Below are positions 26,552 through 53,233 of a stretch of DNA of 64,000 nt, piece after piece. Both the position numbers and the translations under genes were made by a program. The stretch's first letter is position 1; every line of letters starts with the position of its first letter. This DNA comes from Paraspadella gotoi (lineage: Eukaryota > Animalia > Chaetognatha): NCBI GenBank assembly GCA_051294375.1, contig JBJCIZ010000028.1:992437-1056436 (forward strand), written 5' to 3'. A model generated the notes under the pieces. That model saw only the letters and a list, made by a program, of their open reading frames with translations, did not search any database and was not told the DNA's origin.

Positions 26552-29500
26552 ATGGCGAAGTGGGGCGAAGGCGACCCCAGATGGATCGTGGAGGACAGAC
26601 CCGACGCCACCAACGTCAACAATTGGCATTGGAGCGAGAAAAACGCCACCAAGTAGATTGAGAGAGAGAGAGAGACGGATTAATGAATGACGATGATAAT
26701 TTAGCCCAAATGAGACTGCGAGAGAGTCTTGATTAACAGCTTGCCGGGTCAGGCTATGTTATTATCTTGTTAGCGTGATGGAGGCCTTAAACCACCATAG
26801 CCTGTCCAAATCATGGGGCAAGATAAGTCATTTATATCGGTTATACCGATTTCATCTCCCATTTCCCAACCCCCTCGTCCTCAGATGGTCCGAGGATCGC
26901 TTAAAGGAGCTCCTCTCCTCCGTGGAGGTGGACCGCGATCACGAGCGCCTCCGCGTGAAGGAGGTGGAGAAGGTGAAGGGCGAGGCGATCGTGAACAATC
27001 GAAAGGCGAAGCTCATCTACCTCTACGACTGGAACATCTCCGGCAAGTGGGAGGCTTATTTCAAGCAGGTGTCGTATCGCTCTATTACGCCCCCCCCCAC
27101 CCCCTTTTCTTCCTGGGATAATTGGTTGTCGTTTGATCGCTTTCTAGATTTTTATTGATTTTTTGGCCTGCCTGTCGAGTGTCGAGACTGTGCTTTGTTT
27201 TTTTTGGATTATGAAGCGCGTTGTATTTATCAGTTCTTTTTACTTTGCCGTGCAAAGTTATCAACGAAGGAAGTTGTCGTGGTCATCGCAGGAAAATGAC
27301 CAGTAGATGGATCTGATAGACCAAATGGTTTGCCTTTCTTGGCTTTTTCGTCTATTCTTCTGATTGACCAATCAGAGAGGAGGCTTCCCCAGGAAACCGA
27401 CGGCAGGGAAAGAGGAGAGGGAACTGGACCACTCTTCAACTTACCTTCAAGAACTCGACCTCAAATTCTAAGAGAGGCAAACCATTTGGTCTATCAGATC
27501 CATCTACTGGTACATTTCCTGCGATGTTATTTAGAAATATTTTTATGTGTTTTTTTATTTATTACCTTTTGATGTCGAAACCTTGTCTTTGACATGAAAA
27601 TTCTTCCCCTTATTTTCATCCTTAACTTTCTCAATTTCTATCTTTCTTTTTTCTCTCTCTCTCCCCCCCCCCCGCAGGATAAAACGAAAAAGTACGAAGG
27701 CTTCTTCGAGATTCAGGGTCTGAGTGACGAGAACGACATTGACGAAGTCGACGTCGAAATCACGACCAAGGACACCACCAACGAGGGATACAAGGTCGGT
27801 CACTCACTTTCTCGTCGGTCAGTCTTCAATTTTTTTTTTTTTTTAATACCAAAAACAGCATTAACGAAATCGATAACAGAATCATTAACAACGCGCTGAA
27901 ACGTAAAACTATGGTAAGATTAAAGATAAAGATAGACTACGTAAAACGCTATTATAAAAAGAAACATCAGTAAAATGTTAAGAACTAATTTATGAAAATG
28001 CTAAAACAAACGTTCGAAAATGTTAAATTACTAAAACGTAAAAGTCAAAGAACGGTAAGAAGTCTAAACAAAATATATCTAGAAACTGTCATGTATAAAA
28101 GGAAAGAAACGTTGTTGAAACGTTCAAAACGTAAATTCAATCTCATTTAAGATCATATTAAATACTAATCATCTCTTACATAAACACTAAAACTAAACGC
28201 ATAAAAATAACTGAAAAGAAAAAATAAAAACCTCCATTTGACGTTTCGAATGATTATAGCCACGAGCTGATACCGTTTTGGTTTCCTGACAACAAAGACT
28301 ATTAAATAAAGACTTTATTGGTAATTTCGCATGGAAATGTCTCCGTTTAATACGTATTTAAATTTAGATCTTTTTCGAGGAGGGGAATTCCAGATTGTTT
28401 ACTTCAGTTTTTTTAAATATTAATAACGAGTTAAATTAGCATTAACTCTCGCTCTCGCCCCAAACAGTTCAAAGACCTCATGCGAAAGGAGGGTGCGAAG
28501 GCGATGCTCAACAAACTCGCCATCTACGTGAAGGAACTCAAGTCCGACTTCGCCAAGGATTTGATCAAACCTAAAAAAGACGGCGTCGATGGCGCCGGTT
28601 CCACGACGCCGCCGACGCCGCAGCCCAAAGCGGCGCCCAAAGCGGCCACTTGCGGACCGACGCCGCCGCCGACCAAGGCAGCCGCCGCCGCGAATCCCGG
28701 CGGCGTCCGTATTAAGTGCGCCACCGTCTCCCTCCAGGATTCCTTCAAGTGCGACGTTCGGCAGCTCTTCGACTTTTTCACGTTGAAGCATGTGAGTGGG
28801 AAAACTTTGTCGAGCGGTTCGAAATCTAAATGTTTGTCGGGCGGGTCGAAATTAAGGTTGGGATCGTCAAATTCTTCGTCGATCGGCTCGAAAGATTTAT
28901 CGACTTGGTCAGAATCATCTCTCAGGGTGAAATCGTAATTACCGAGGTCCATATCTTCAAATCCGTCCTCCAAAATCCCCTCCAGATGATCCAAGGTTGG
29001 TCCAAGTGCCGCGTGGATTGGGAGTTGACGAAAGGGTCTCGCTTCACCCACTTCGACGGCGCCATCGAGGGCGTCCTCGTGGACTTCGTTCCCGCGGAGT
29101 CGATCAAGATGAACTGGAGGTTCAAGTCTTGGCCGCCCGCGCATTTCTCTGAAGTGACCATCACTTTTCAGCAGGTGATTCCATTTGTTTTTGTCTCATC
29201 GATTTGCTGATGATATCTGATCCTTACGGAACAAACGTTGAATCGAGACTTCTACCCAACGATCTCAATTGATTAATCCATCCCATCGGGCAGTCTGTCT
29301 GTCTGATGAATTCAGTAATCAATCAAGCAGTCAATCAATCAAGATGTTCTACGCAACGCTTTTCAATCGATTTATCCTTCCCGTCAGGCATTCTTGGCTA
29401 TATGTCCAATTTTAATCTAGCAATCAATCCTTGCAGTCAATCAATCAAGATTTACACGTATTAATCAATCTATCCGCACTATCAGGCTCTCTATCTAATA

Positions 29501-29728
29501 CATAAATCAATCAATCACCTCGTTCAATCTAACCCCCCAAAAATCAATCTACTCTACCAATCGATCAATCAATCAATACCTTCACAGGGCACCGACAACT
29601 CGAGCCTCATCCTGGAGCAGACGGGCGTCCCCGAGTCGGACTACGAGCGGACGCGCGAGGGTTGGCTCTTTAAGACTTTCCAAGCGATCAAGGCCACCTT
29701 CGGCGTCGGCGAGTACCTCCTCAGCTGA
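26552..29728 (+). CDS. AHSA1: Activator of Hsp90 ATPase 1
   Basis: MAKWGEGDPRWIVEDRPDATNVNNWHWSEKNA, GEAIVNNRKAKLIYLYDW, LSDEND, and a C-terminal START-like domain (FDGAIEG...MNWRFKSWP..HFSEV). Confidence 0.96.
27284..27526. mobile_element. Small MITE-like inverted-repeat element in an AHSA1 intron
   Basis: ~59-bp inverted arms CATCGCAGGAAA.TGACCAGTAGATGGATCTGATAGACCAAATGGTTTGCCT and its reverse complement at 27468-27526. No clear TSD. Confidence 0.7.
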
Positions 29729-30239
29729 CCGCGCATGCGCAGATTCCGATTGGACAATCGTCGGACGATCTCGTCGGTTGATTGTAGCGGATTGACGACG
29801 ACGACGACGGTCGAGACCAAATCCTTTCATGCCGGGCGTTAAAAAAAAAAAAAAGAACAACCATCGCTTCCCTTCACCATTTCAAACGAAACGGAAACGA
29901 GCTCGTCTATTTATTTAACGTTTAGTGAAACATCACGAAATATCTCTCACGCTCCCCAAAAGAAAGTTTTTTTTTTCCCTTATTGCAGTAATAAAATTTT
30001 ATAAAGTTCACTGATTTTCGACGTTTTTTTTCTTCTTCGCTCGAGTAGCTTTTTGAGATGTTAAGAAAATAAATTTAAAGCGACGTTTCTACTTAGGCAA
30101 AAGGTTATGTAGCATATAAATGTGGGGTTGTTTTTTTTGTGATCCACCCGCCGTACTTTTTTTCCAGGACATTACTTCCCTTTTTTTCCCCCCCGTTTCT
30201 TTGTTAAAGCGCTGAGAAAACAAAAAACAAAAAAACAAA

Positions 30240-33927
<3,688 letters not shown>

Positions 33928-33961
33928 GATAGAGAGAGAAAAAAGGAACCATTTTTATCGA

Positions 33962-34000
<39 letters not shown>

Positions 34001-34531
34001 GTCTCTCTTTCTCCCCGGCCCTTCTGCTTATTTGTTTATCAAACCGTTGCACGTTTATTATTGCTTAATTCGTTTAGTCATTATACTCGTTTAATTAAAA
34101 ATGATTCGTCCATGCTTCTCTTTGAATTTGATTAGGGTGATGCGATAGTAAATTTGGATAATATTTTAATTTTTCTTCATTAAAAGTTGAAGAGACAAAG
34201 TTTAATATTTAAAAAAATAACTTTATACTAGGCATCGATTCGTATTACGTTCTCCTTATGTTGGACATAAACTCTCATCACTTAGATTCCTAAAATTATT
34301 TTAAAAGTTTAGTTTTCCACAGTCATGATTGTGATTCTCTTATTATTTCTCCAGACCAGTATCAGTATTATTCAGCACCATAACACCTTGACAAGGTTCG
34401 TCTACCATTAAAGGAAACTTTGACCGCCCCTTCTCGACCTTAAGCCTTAAGCCTTAAGAACTTAAGCCCAACTGCACTCATCAACTCTGTCGTCAAAGAT
34501 GACGCGACGCTCCATCCGTCGAAGGTGAAGA

Positions 34532-43051
<8,520 letters not shown>

Positions 43052-43418
43052 CTGCCACCTGGGGGTCGTTTCGACGCTGGGAAGTGATCGGATTATCACT
43101 TACCGCCTCAGTGACACTCATCGGTTTATTACTTACCGCCTCGGTGACACTCATCAAAGAAAATGTAGTCCTGTGCCGCCAGTCGTTTTTTGTCGTGATA
43201 CGGACCAAGTGCAATTTACCAGCGGGAAAAGACAGAATTTTATAATTTATGAATCCTTTTTACTAGTTTTGTTTCAGTTTTACGCTCGTTTTCCCCCATT
43301 TTTTTTTCTTGTGGCATTTAGGTGACAATTTACTCTAGGGGATTTGTATTTGTTGTTTAATTTTTGTTCACAATTTTTGCTTTTAGTTTTCACGTTTTTC
43401 GATATCGAGGTTAAAGAA

Positions 43419-43505
43419 ATGCCAATCAGCTCAGAACCTTGCCATCTGGCTCATCCGTCAACTCCGCCGTCCCTTCAGGATCATTGTGGTAATTGTTGAG
43501 AGAGA

Positions 43506-43555
<50 letters not shown>

Positions 43556-45755
43556 AAGAAAATAAGAAATTTATTTTATTTCTTTTTAACTTACGGCTAT
43601 TACGTATTATGGAGTATTTTTTTTTTAAAATAACTAGGAGATGCAAACAAAGTCGCCAAACCGCCCCCTCCGTTGCTCCGCCTCGACCTTAGCGTCTCAG
43701 AGTCTCGCCTCGTGGACGATGCGTTGGAGGTGGTGCTCCGCGTCCGGACTCAATGGCCTCGCGACGCCGTCGCCTCCAAAGTCTTTACCGACGGAATCAC
43801 CAACAAAATCGTCGGGTTTTGGCGTCGGGATGACGCGGCGAAGAGAGACGTCCTCCTCGTCAGGGTTTACGGGAAGGTGAGAGGGGGATGATGTATGTTT
43901 CCCAATCTCATTTACATATTGTAGTATTTTTGTTTTAAAAATTTTATCAATACCTCAATAATATTTATTTATTTTAGAATTAGAGCATGATGTTTGTCTG
44001 AAATGCATTTAATTTTTCAGAAAACCGAGTCTTGGATCGACCGCGAGGCTGAGCAACGCAACATGCGGTTGATGGCGTCCATCGGCTGCGCCAAACCGCT
44101 CCACGCGGTCTTCACCAACGGCATCTGCTACGGCTTCGTCGAAGGGGAGGTGCTCACCATTGAGACGGTCAAGGATCCGCTCGTTAATCGGCTCGTCGCC
44201 AAGGAGATGGTCCGCATTCACGCCCTCAAGCCCGAGAGTTAGTTTTGCCTTTTTCTTTCGTTTTATTTTTTTTTTTTTAATATTTTATTTTGGGGTTTTC
44301 TTTTCATTTATCTTTTTTTCTTTTCTTTTCTTTGTTTTCTTTTCTCTTCTCTTTTTTATTTTCTCTTTGTTTTCTCTCCGTTTTCTTTTCTCTCTCTTCT
44401 TTGTTTTTTACTTTTATATTTTCTCCTCTCCCACACTGATTCCACTCCCTCCCATTACTCTTTCCCCCCTTCTCCCCCCCTCTCCTTCCAGAAGGCCTGG
44501 GTCCCACCCTCTGGCCCACCCTCCGCAAACTCCTCTCCCTCCTCCCTGCCTCGCTCGACGATCCGGCGGAGGAGGCTCGCTTGAGGGCGTCGGTGCCGTC
44601 GACGACGCAGTTGAGCCTGGAGGCGGAGAAGTTGGAGCGGCTCGTCGGGGAGAAGGGAAACTCGCCCCTCGTCTTTTGTCACAACGATCTTCTGGTCGGG
44701 AACATCGTGTGGAACAAGTAAAAAAAGGGAAAGCATCTCCGTCAAAAAGATGCCAATTTCATTGCCAAATTAATTTAATCCAAGTTATATCGAGCCATCG
44801 TTTTAACCCGTCTTTTTTTTTTATCGAATGATAAAATTCATCAATCATTTTAATAAATGAATCGTTGAATTAATCATTGAAAACCTCTGCCTCGCAGAGA
44901 AGAGAATCGCACCTACTTCATCGACTTCGAATACGGAGGCTTCAATTATCTCGCCTACGACATCGCGGATCATTTCGCCGAACACACGGGTCTCCGAAGA
45001 CGGATAGTTATTATTATCGATTGAGAAAAGGTGGATTATGATAATTCATTTTCTTTTGGTCATTCCAGGCGTGGACGCCAAACTGGACCACCGGTTGTAC
45101 CCGGACAAATCCTACCAGACTCGGTGGCTCCGCGATTATCTTCGCTTCTCGAAGGCGCGAGAGAAGGGCGTCGACGACGACGACGCCGCCGTCGATGGGA
45201 TCCACGTTACAGAGGAAGAGGTGGAGGCGCTCTATACGCAGGTCAATGAATGTATTCTGTATGAATGTATTGAATGTATTCTGTATGAATGTATTGTGTC
45301 TTAAAAATTGGGAAGTCACAGTCGTCATCGGCCCATCTTCTCTCTTAAATCATCAAAAATATACATTAGGGTGAATGAATAGAAAATAGAAAATAGAAAA
45401 TTTTAAGAATGAATGGAGGAGTGGATAAATAAAAGTTATCTTACTTAATGAGATTTGATAAAGTATGAAAGAGGAACGACTTAGGTTTTTCGATCCTATT
45501 CACAAAATAACGATTTTATTAAAAACAATATATTACCTACTAAGCTTGTTTTTTTTATGAAAACTTTTTCAAATTTTTCTATTTCCCGTTCTTTTGTTAC
45601 AGGTCCAGATGTTCGCGGCCGTTTCCGACTTCCTCTGGGCCGTGTGGTCGATCCTTCAGGCCAAACATTCCTCAATCGATTTTGACTTTGTTCAGTACGC
45701 CCTCTCAAAGTACAGCGGATACGTTGAAAAAATGGAGAAGGTCGTCCAAAACTGA
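43419..45755 (+). CDS. ETNK1: Ethanolamine kinase
   Basis: KVFTDGITNKIVG, VLLVRVYGKKTE..IDREAE, FTNGICYGFVEG, SPLVFCHNDLLVGNIV (Brenner motif), FIDFEYGGFNYLAYDIADHFAE..G, DFLWAVWSILQAKHSSIDFDF. The ETNK1/ETNK2 distinction cannot be made here. Confidence 0.93.
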
Positions 45756-46327
45756 TCCTCAAAAATGACCCCAAAAACTTGGGTCAATCGCAAATAAGCT
45801 TAAAATTAAGTTAAATATTTGTCGAAACGTGAATTTATACCTTTATGTTTTTGGGTTATGTTATTTATGTATTATAGTCGGCGGTGTGATTCGTAGCTTT
45901 AACATCTCTGTGATTTAAAAAAAAAAATTGTGAACGCCTATCCTAGTTCCTGTAGGGTTTTTACACTGACTACTACTATTTTTGCTTTCTACAATTCATG
46001 CGAACTAATTTCTAGAATATTTGATAAATTTCAGGAATTGTCCGCCAAGGACCGGGCGTTTAGATGTCACTAATCAAAATTGACTTTACGATAATTAATA
46101 ATTTGCTTATGACTAGTCTTTCGGTTTTTACCAATTCAATTTTTTTTATTTACTCTCAAGCGGCTACTCGTACTTCTTTACAGTTTTGTAACTTTTTAAA
46201 TTTATAATTTTTTTTTTTAGCCGAATTCCTAAAAATACCGCTTGGGTCGCGATAAATCATAAACAAAAGCGCATTTTCGATCACGAACAGAAAAAAAAAA
46301 TAAACAAAAGATAAAGCGGAAGAAAAG

Positions 46328-46921
46328 ATGGCGCACACGATCCTTTTAGTTCAGCCGTCGAAGAAGCCAGAGTCGCGGACGTACAGCGACTTCGAATCCG
46401 TCAACGAATGCATGGAAGGAGTCTGCAAAGTATTATGATTAATATTTTATTCCATTTGATTGTTACCGCTTAATCATAAGGTCTTCGTTCATCTTAAGAT
46501 CTTCGAGGAACATCTGAAGCGGCTAAACCCCAACAGTCCCTCCATCACCTACGACATCAGTCAACTCTTCGATTTTATCGATCAGGTTCTGTGGGGTTTG
46601 AATCTCAGGATCTGAAATTTGGCTGGGATTATCTATAATGTATTTTACTACATTATTATCTTGTTGTCTGATCCGTTACGAATTCTTTTTTGTTGCTTCA
46701 CCCTTCAATTTTGAAGGATTTGGTAAAGCGACCGTTTCTAAATCTAAATCTCCCATGCTTCAATATGCAAATTATATTATAAGTCATCTTTTCCATGACC
46801 GCAGTTGGCCGACTTGAGTTGCCTCGTCTTTCAAAAAGCGACGGGCACTTACGCTCCTTACGACAAAGACTGGATCAAGGAAAAGATTTACGTTCTGCTT
46901 CGGAAACAAGCGGGCAAATGA
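46328..46921 (+). CDS. ERH: Enhancer of rudimentary homolog; 3 exons
   Basis: [32 protein letters not shown]|[29 protein letters not shown]|[38 protein letters not shown]. Confidence 0.97.
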
Positions 46922-47883
46922 ACTCTCTCCCTCTCTCTACGTTGACTGTCGAGAGTGAGAGCGAGACGATGGTGGATGAAAGAAGACGGGAGAGGGAGAC
47001 GGTTTTGGGAACGGAAGACGGGCGACCTTGGAAACACGTTCTCTCTTCTCTCTATTTTGCCCGCTCTACCCCGTAGGAAAAGCCTGATATAACACTCTCT
47101 CTCTCTCTCTCTTTCTCTCGGCCTTTACATTTTCATGAAAGTTTTTTTTTTCTTTCCCCCGTTAACCCATTACTAACTTTTTTTCTCCATCCCCTTCACA
47201 CACAAAAAAAAACAAACAAAAAAAAAAAAAACGATTCACTCATTTTTAATTTGAATTCCTTCAAATTTCGTCTTTAGATTTTCTTTATTGGAGATTTTTC
47301 TTTTTTTTTTCTCGCTGATGTTAGTTAGACGCCGACGATGATGATGATGACCTGAGATTTTACGTTTCGTTATTTTCTTTTCAGTTTGTCAAGGACTCGA
47401 GGTATTTCCAGTTTGCTCCCGGGAGAATTAAATAATTATGGAAGGCCTTTCTCGTTGTTAAATACAGAATTTTATCTTTACTTTGAATCCGAAAGCAAAA
47501 TTTATTCGAGACTGGAAGGCGGTTATTAATTACGTATTATTTGTAAAAAAAAAAACCTTCTCTACCCAACCCCATCGTAGAATTTAAAAAAAAACCATCG
47601 CGTCTCGTCGTTTTTTTAAAACGTCATTTCCAAATTGTCATCGCTTTCAATTTTCAGCCTTTTATAAAATCGCCCGAAGGGGGGAAAACAAAAAAATCAA
47701 AACATTTTTTAAATTTTTAATGTTAAATGAATTTTTAATTCGCGCCCGACCGGTTGTAAAAAAAAAAACATGCACGCGTCCTCTTGACGACGAAATCGCG
47801 AGTCCATAGTCTTAAATTACCCTTAAATTAACCGACTTCCTCACACACACACACAAACACGCAACTCTCTCTCTCTCTCCCCG

Positions 47884-50027
47884 ATGGGTCGACTCATCTT
47901 CTACGCCTACGGCACGCCCATCGCCCTCGCCCTCGCGCTCAAGTTCCTCCACGTCGTCTTCCTCTCGGGCGGAGTTTGCGAGAGCGACGTCAGATTGGAC
48001 GGCAAGGTCGCCGTCGTCACCGGCGCCAATACGGGTGCGCGTTGTTGTTGTTGTTGTTTCCTTCGTTCCTATCGTCCATTTTATGGTTTTGTTAGTTTGT
48101 TTCCTTTTTTTTGATATAATTCTTTTCTTCGATATGTCAGTGTTGTTTTTTTTTTTCGTCTTCTTGTTTTATTTCGTTTTGTTTCGTTTCGTTTCTCGTT
48201 TCGCTATTTTAATTTGGTATTGATTTGTTTGTTATTTAGGCCTAGGACTGCGCGACTAGTAGAAGTGAAATGACAGTGAAGTGAAGTAAGAGTGTTGTGA
48301 AAGATGTGTGAGTGATTAGTAAAAGTGAGTGAGAGTGAAATGATTATTAATGATAAGATGATAAAGAAAAAGTGAATTAAAAAAAGTGAAAGTGATGTCA
48401 TTTTCCACCCCCTTATTTTCCGCCTTCAGGCATCGGCCGCGAGACGGCGCTGGACTTTGCCCGGCGCGGCGCCCGCGTCTACCTGGCGTCGCGGAGCGAA
48501 GAGCGGACGGCGCCGGTGGTGGAGATGATCCGAAGCGCCACCGGAAACGAGGACGTCCATTTTAAGAGACTCGATCTTGCGAGGATCTCTTCCATTACAG
48601 CCTTTGCCGAGGACTTCGTCGACGAGGAGGAGGTTTGGATTTCCTTTAATATCATTTGCATATTGTAGTAACAGTATCTCTTATATTTTATTTGTTGTGT
48701 TACGTGAAATTGAGTTGAGAACATTCAACTCTATACATGAATTTGTATCTGTATTTCATGAATCCAACTCATTATGTAATTCTAACTGTTAATTTCCTTT
48801 TTAATTTTCCTCCCCAATTTAGCGCCTTGACATTTTGGTAAACAACGCGGGACTGATTTCTCAAAGTCGCGATAAAACCGACGACGGTTTCGAGGTCCAC
48901 ATGGGCGTCAATCACTTGGGGCCTTTCCTGCTCACCAATCTTCTTTTAGGCAAGGCCGTGAATCTTCGAAAGTTTCGTGACTCTTGTGAATCGTTCACCA
49001 ACCCCCTCCTCCTTCAGATCTCCTCAAACAATCGGGCCCCGGCGCCCGCGTGGTGACCGTCGCAGCCAAGGCGGGCCTCCTCATCGGCGAGATCGATTTG
49101 GACGACCTCATGAACGAGAAGGACCAATCCAGGCCCTGGATTACCTCTTGGGAAGCCTTCAGGAGATACTCTCACTCCAAGCTGGCCAACATTTTGTTTT
49201 CCAAGGAATTGGCCAAGCGGCTGGCGGGGACTGGGGTCACCACTTACTCGTTGCATCCGGGTAAGGAGGTGTGGGTGAGATATTGTTGAAAACTTACTGA
49301 ATCGATTTGGTAAGTTAATTTAGGTTGTGAAAAAGAAAGTTATAGTTAAAGATTAAAAGGAGAATGCGCGAAGTAGTTGGAAAGCAAGCCCAGTTAGACA
49401 GGCTCTCCATTAATTCCCCTTTCCTTTTCCTTTCATCACCAGGGGTGATCCAGACGGAGATCGGCGCGCGAGTTCCAGGGCACCATGAGCTACTTCATGC
49501 ACATGTGGCCGATCTCCTATTTGTTCAAGACGCCAGACGAAGGAGCACAGACCCAGATTTGCTGCGCCGTCGATCCGGCGCTGGCGAGAGAGACGGGGTT
49601 GTATTACTCGGATTGCGGGGTAAGTTTATGGGCGTGGGATTGAATTGAAAGGAGAATTAATCGGATATTTATTTTCAAATGAAATCCAATATGATAAAAT
49701 AAGCTCATATGAGATCCCATGGGTTCAAATGAGATCAAATTTAAACAAATGAGATGGAATGTGTTTCAAATGGGATAAAATTGTTATCAAATACAGATCA
49801 CAAGAGATCAAATATATGTGGTCAAATGTGATAAAAAGAAGATAAAATGTGTTTGGATTATATATCAAATGAGAGCCAATTGTGACAAAGTATGATGGAA
49901 ATAAGATTATTTCCTATCAGGTGACGACGCCGAACCATCCTCAAGTCGGCGACGACGCTCTCTCCGCCGCCTTTGGGAAAAGAGCGAGAGACTCGTCGGT
50001 CTGAAGAAAGATGAAGGAAGTAGATGA
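47884..50027 (+). CDS. RDH11/12/13-like short-chain dehydrogenase, paralog A; intact versions of its last two exons are in the duplicate at 51433-52019
   Basis: [98 protein letters not shown]. Confidence 0.88.
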
Positions 50028-50234
50028 GACGTCGTCCCTCACTTTTTCCCCCCTACGCCCCCCTCGATTTTATTCGCCCCCCAAAAGGTTTTTTTTTTTT
50101 CATTTATGACCATTATTAAAAAGATTACGGTCCCCCCCTTGTGGGGAGATTATTCCTTCGTTTTAGGATGTTAATCCATTAAGCCAAACTTCTTTAATCG
50201 ACATCTCTTCGTGCCAGTCATTCGCATTTGTGTC

Positions 50235-50321
<87 letters not shown>

Positions 50322-52224
50322 CAAATCTGTGATTAAAAATTCCATTAATTTTTCTTTTTCGCGCGCGATTCCATGTTTTTAAGTTCCATTCGTCGCGCAG
50401 TTTTTTTTATTAAGTCGGGCGCTTCTCTCGTCGTCGTTGTTGTTGTTGTTGGGGCTTAAAAATGTTTTGATTGGCGGAGTAAGATTTGAAACCATTTTCA
50501 TCCGGGGGGTGTTTTTGTGATAATTTTTAAAAAAAGATGCATTTTGTTTTTTTAAACAGAGCTTCTCTCTAAAATTTTGCTTCAAGAAACCATTATTTTT
50601 ACGAAATAGCGTGGTTTATTACGCAGATATCGGAGTTCTCGTGAAAAAGAAAATATAAAAAAAAACTCTTAATAAAGACAACTGTTCATATTCCATAGTT
50701 CACTCTGGTATTTTTTTAAATATTTGTTATTTTGTTTATTTTGGGAAAGAAAATGCGAGACTATCGATATGAAAGACTCTCTGGGTTAAAAAGGTCACTC
50801 TCTAATCCTAAACGAAAAAAGAAAAATCAAAACAAGAAAACAAACGGAAAACAATGTCCCGTTTGTTTTTCTTGGCCTTTGTTCTTCCTCTATTCGTCAC
50901 TTTGTCTCTCAAGATCCTCAACGTCGTCTACTTCTCCGGCGGAGTTTGTCGCAGCGACGTCAAGCTGACGGGAAGGTGGCAATCGTCACCGGAGCCAATA
51001 GTGGTAAGATTGAGTGATTGATTTACTCTTAATCTTTCTTTCTTGTTGGGTAATTGATGATTGATTGATTTCTTTCTGTTCCGGATTAATTTATATATTT
51101 AAGGATGATTTTTTTTCATTGCTACTTTTCATTCTTTAACTGAACCCCACCTCACTCTCCAGGCATCGGCCGCGAGACGCGTTGGACTTTGCGGCGCGCG
51201 GCGCCCGCGTCTACCTGGCGTCGCGGAGCGAAGAGGTGNNNNNNNNNNNNNNNNNNNNNNNNNGAGATATTGTTGAAAACTTACTGAATCGATTTGGTAA
51301 GTTAATTTAGGTTGTGAAAAAGAAAGTTATAGTTAAAGATTAAAAGGAGAATGCGCGAAGTAGTTGGAAAGCAAGCCCAGGTTAGACAGGCTCTCCCATT
51401 AATTCCCCCTTTCCTTTTCCTTTCATCACCAGGGGTGATCCAGACGGAGATCGGGCGCGAGTTCCAGGGCACCATGAGCTACTTCATGCACATGTGGCCG
51501 ATCTCCTATTTGTTCAAGACGCCAGACGAAGGAGCACAGACCCAGATTTGCTGCGCCGTCGATCCGGCGCTGGCGAGAGAGACGGGGTTGTATTACTCGG
51601 ATTGCGGGGTAAGTTTATGGGCGTGGGATTGAATTGAAAGGAGAATTAATCGGATATTCATTTTCAAATGAAATGCCAATATGATAAAATAAGCTCTTAT
51701 GAGATCCCATGGGTTCAAATGAGATCAAATTTAAACAAATGAGATGGAATGTGTTCAAATGGGATAAAATTGATATCAAATACGATCACAATGAGATCAA
51801 ATATGAATGTGGTCAGATGTGATAAAAGGAGATAAAATGTGTTTGGATTATATATCAAATGATAGCCAATTGTGACAAAATATGATCGAAATAAGATTAT
51901 TTCCCCATCAGGTGACGACGCCGAACCATCCTCAAGTCGGCGACGACGCTCTCTCCGCCGCCCTTTGGGAAAAGAGCGAGAGACTCGTCGGTCTGAAGAA
52001 AGATGAAGGAAGTAGATGAGACGTCGTCCCTCACTTTTTCCCCCCTACCGCCCCCCTCGATTTTATTCGCCCCCCAAAATTGTTTTTTTTTTTCATTTAT
52101 GACCATTATTAAAAAGATTACGGTCCCCCCCTTGTGGGGAGATTATTCCTTCGTTTTAGGATTGGTTAATCCATTAAGCCAAACTTCTTTAATCGACATC
52201 TCTTCGTGCCAGTCATTCGCATTT

Positions 52225-52308
<84 letters not shown>

Positions 52309-53233
52309 CTCGCCTCAAATCTGTGATTAAAAATTCCATTACTTTTTCTTTTTCGCGCGCGATTCCATGTTTTTAAGTTCCATTCGTCGCGCAGTTTTTT
52401 TATTAAGTCGGGCGCTTCTCTCGTCGTCGTTGTTGTTGTTGTTGGCGCTAAATTGTTTGATTGCGGAGTAAGATTTGAAAACCATTTTCATCCGGGGGGG
52501 TGTTTTTGTGATAATTTTTAAAAAAAGATGCATTTTGTTTTTTAAAACAGAGCTTTCTCTCTAAAATTTGCTTCAAGAAACCATTATTTTTACGAAAATA
52601 GGCGTGGTTTATTACGCAGATATCGGAGTTCTCGTGAAAAAGAAAATAAAAAAAAAACTTCTTAATAAAGACAACTGTTCATATTCAATAGTTCACTCTG
52701 GTATTTTTTTAAATATTTTTTATTTTGTTTATTTTGGGAAAGAAAATCGGAGACTATCGATATGAAAGACTCTCTGGGTTAAAAAAGGTCACTCTCTAAT
52801 CCTAAACGAAAAAGAAAAAATCAAAACAAAGAAACAAACGGAAAACAATGTCCCGTTTGTTTTTCTTGGCCTTTGTTCTTCCTCTATTCGTCACTTTGTC
52901 TCTCAAGATCCTCAACGTCGTCTACTTCTCCGGCGGAGTTTGTCGCAGCGACGTCAAGCTGAACGGGAAGGTGGCAATCGTCACCGGAGCCAATAGTGGT
53001 AAGATTGAGTGATTGATTTACTCTTAATCTTTCTTTCTTGTTGGGTAATTGATTGATTGATTGATTTCTTTCTGTTCCGGGATTAATTTATATATTTAAG
53101 GATGATTTTTTTTCATTGCTACTTTTCATTCTTTAACTGAACCCCACCTCACTCTCCAGGCATCGGCCGCGAGACGGCGTTGGACTTTGCGCGGCGCGGC
53201 GCCCGCGTCTACCTGGCGTCGCGGAGCGAAGAG
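49277..53233. repeat. Near-identical ~1.96-kb tandem duplication (49277-51235 and 51264-53233) around a 25-N gap; probable assembly artefact
   Basis: The copies differ mainly by 1-bp indels, some of which frameshift exons in the first copy, and they abut the N gap at 51239-51263. Confidence 0.85.

Noticed and set aside
49277-53233. Apparent fourth SDR paralog or recent tandem duplication
   Set aside because: The copies abut an N gap and differ by scattered 1-bp indels typical of unmerged read overlaps; most likely an assembly artefact.
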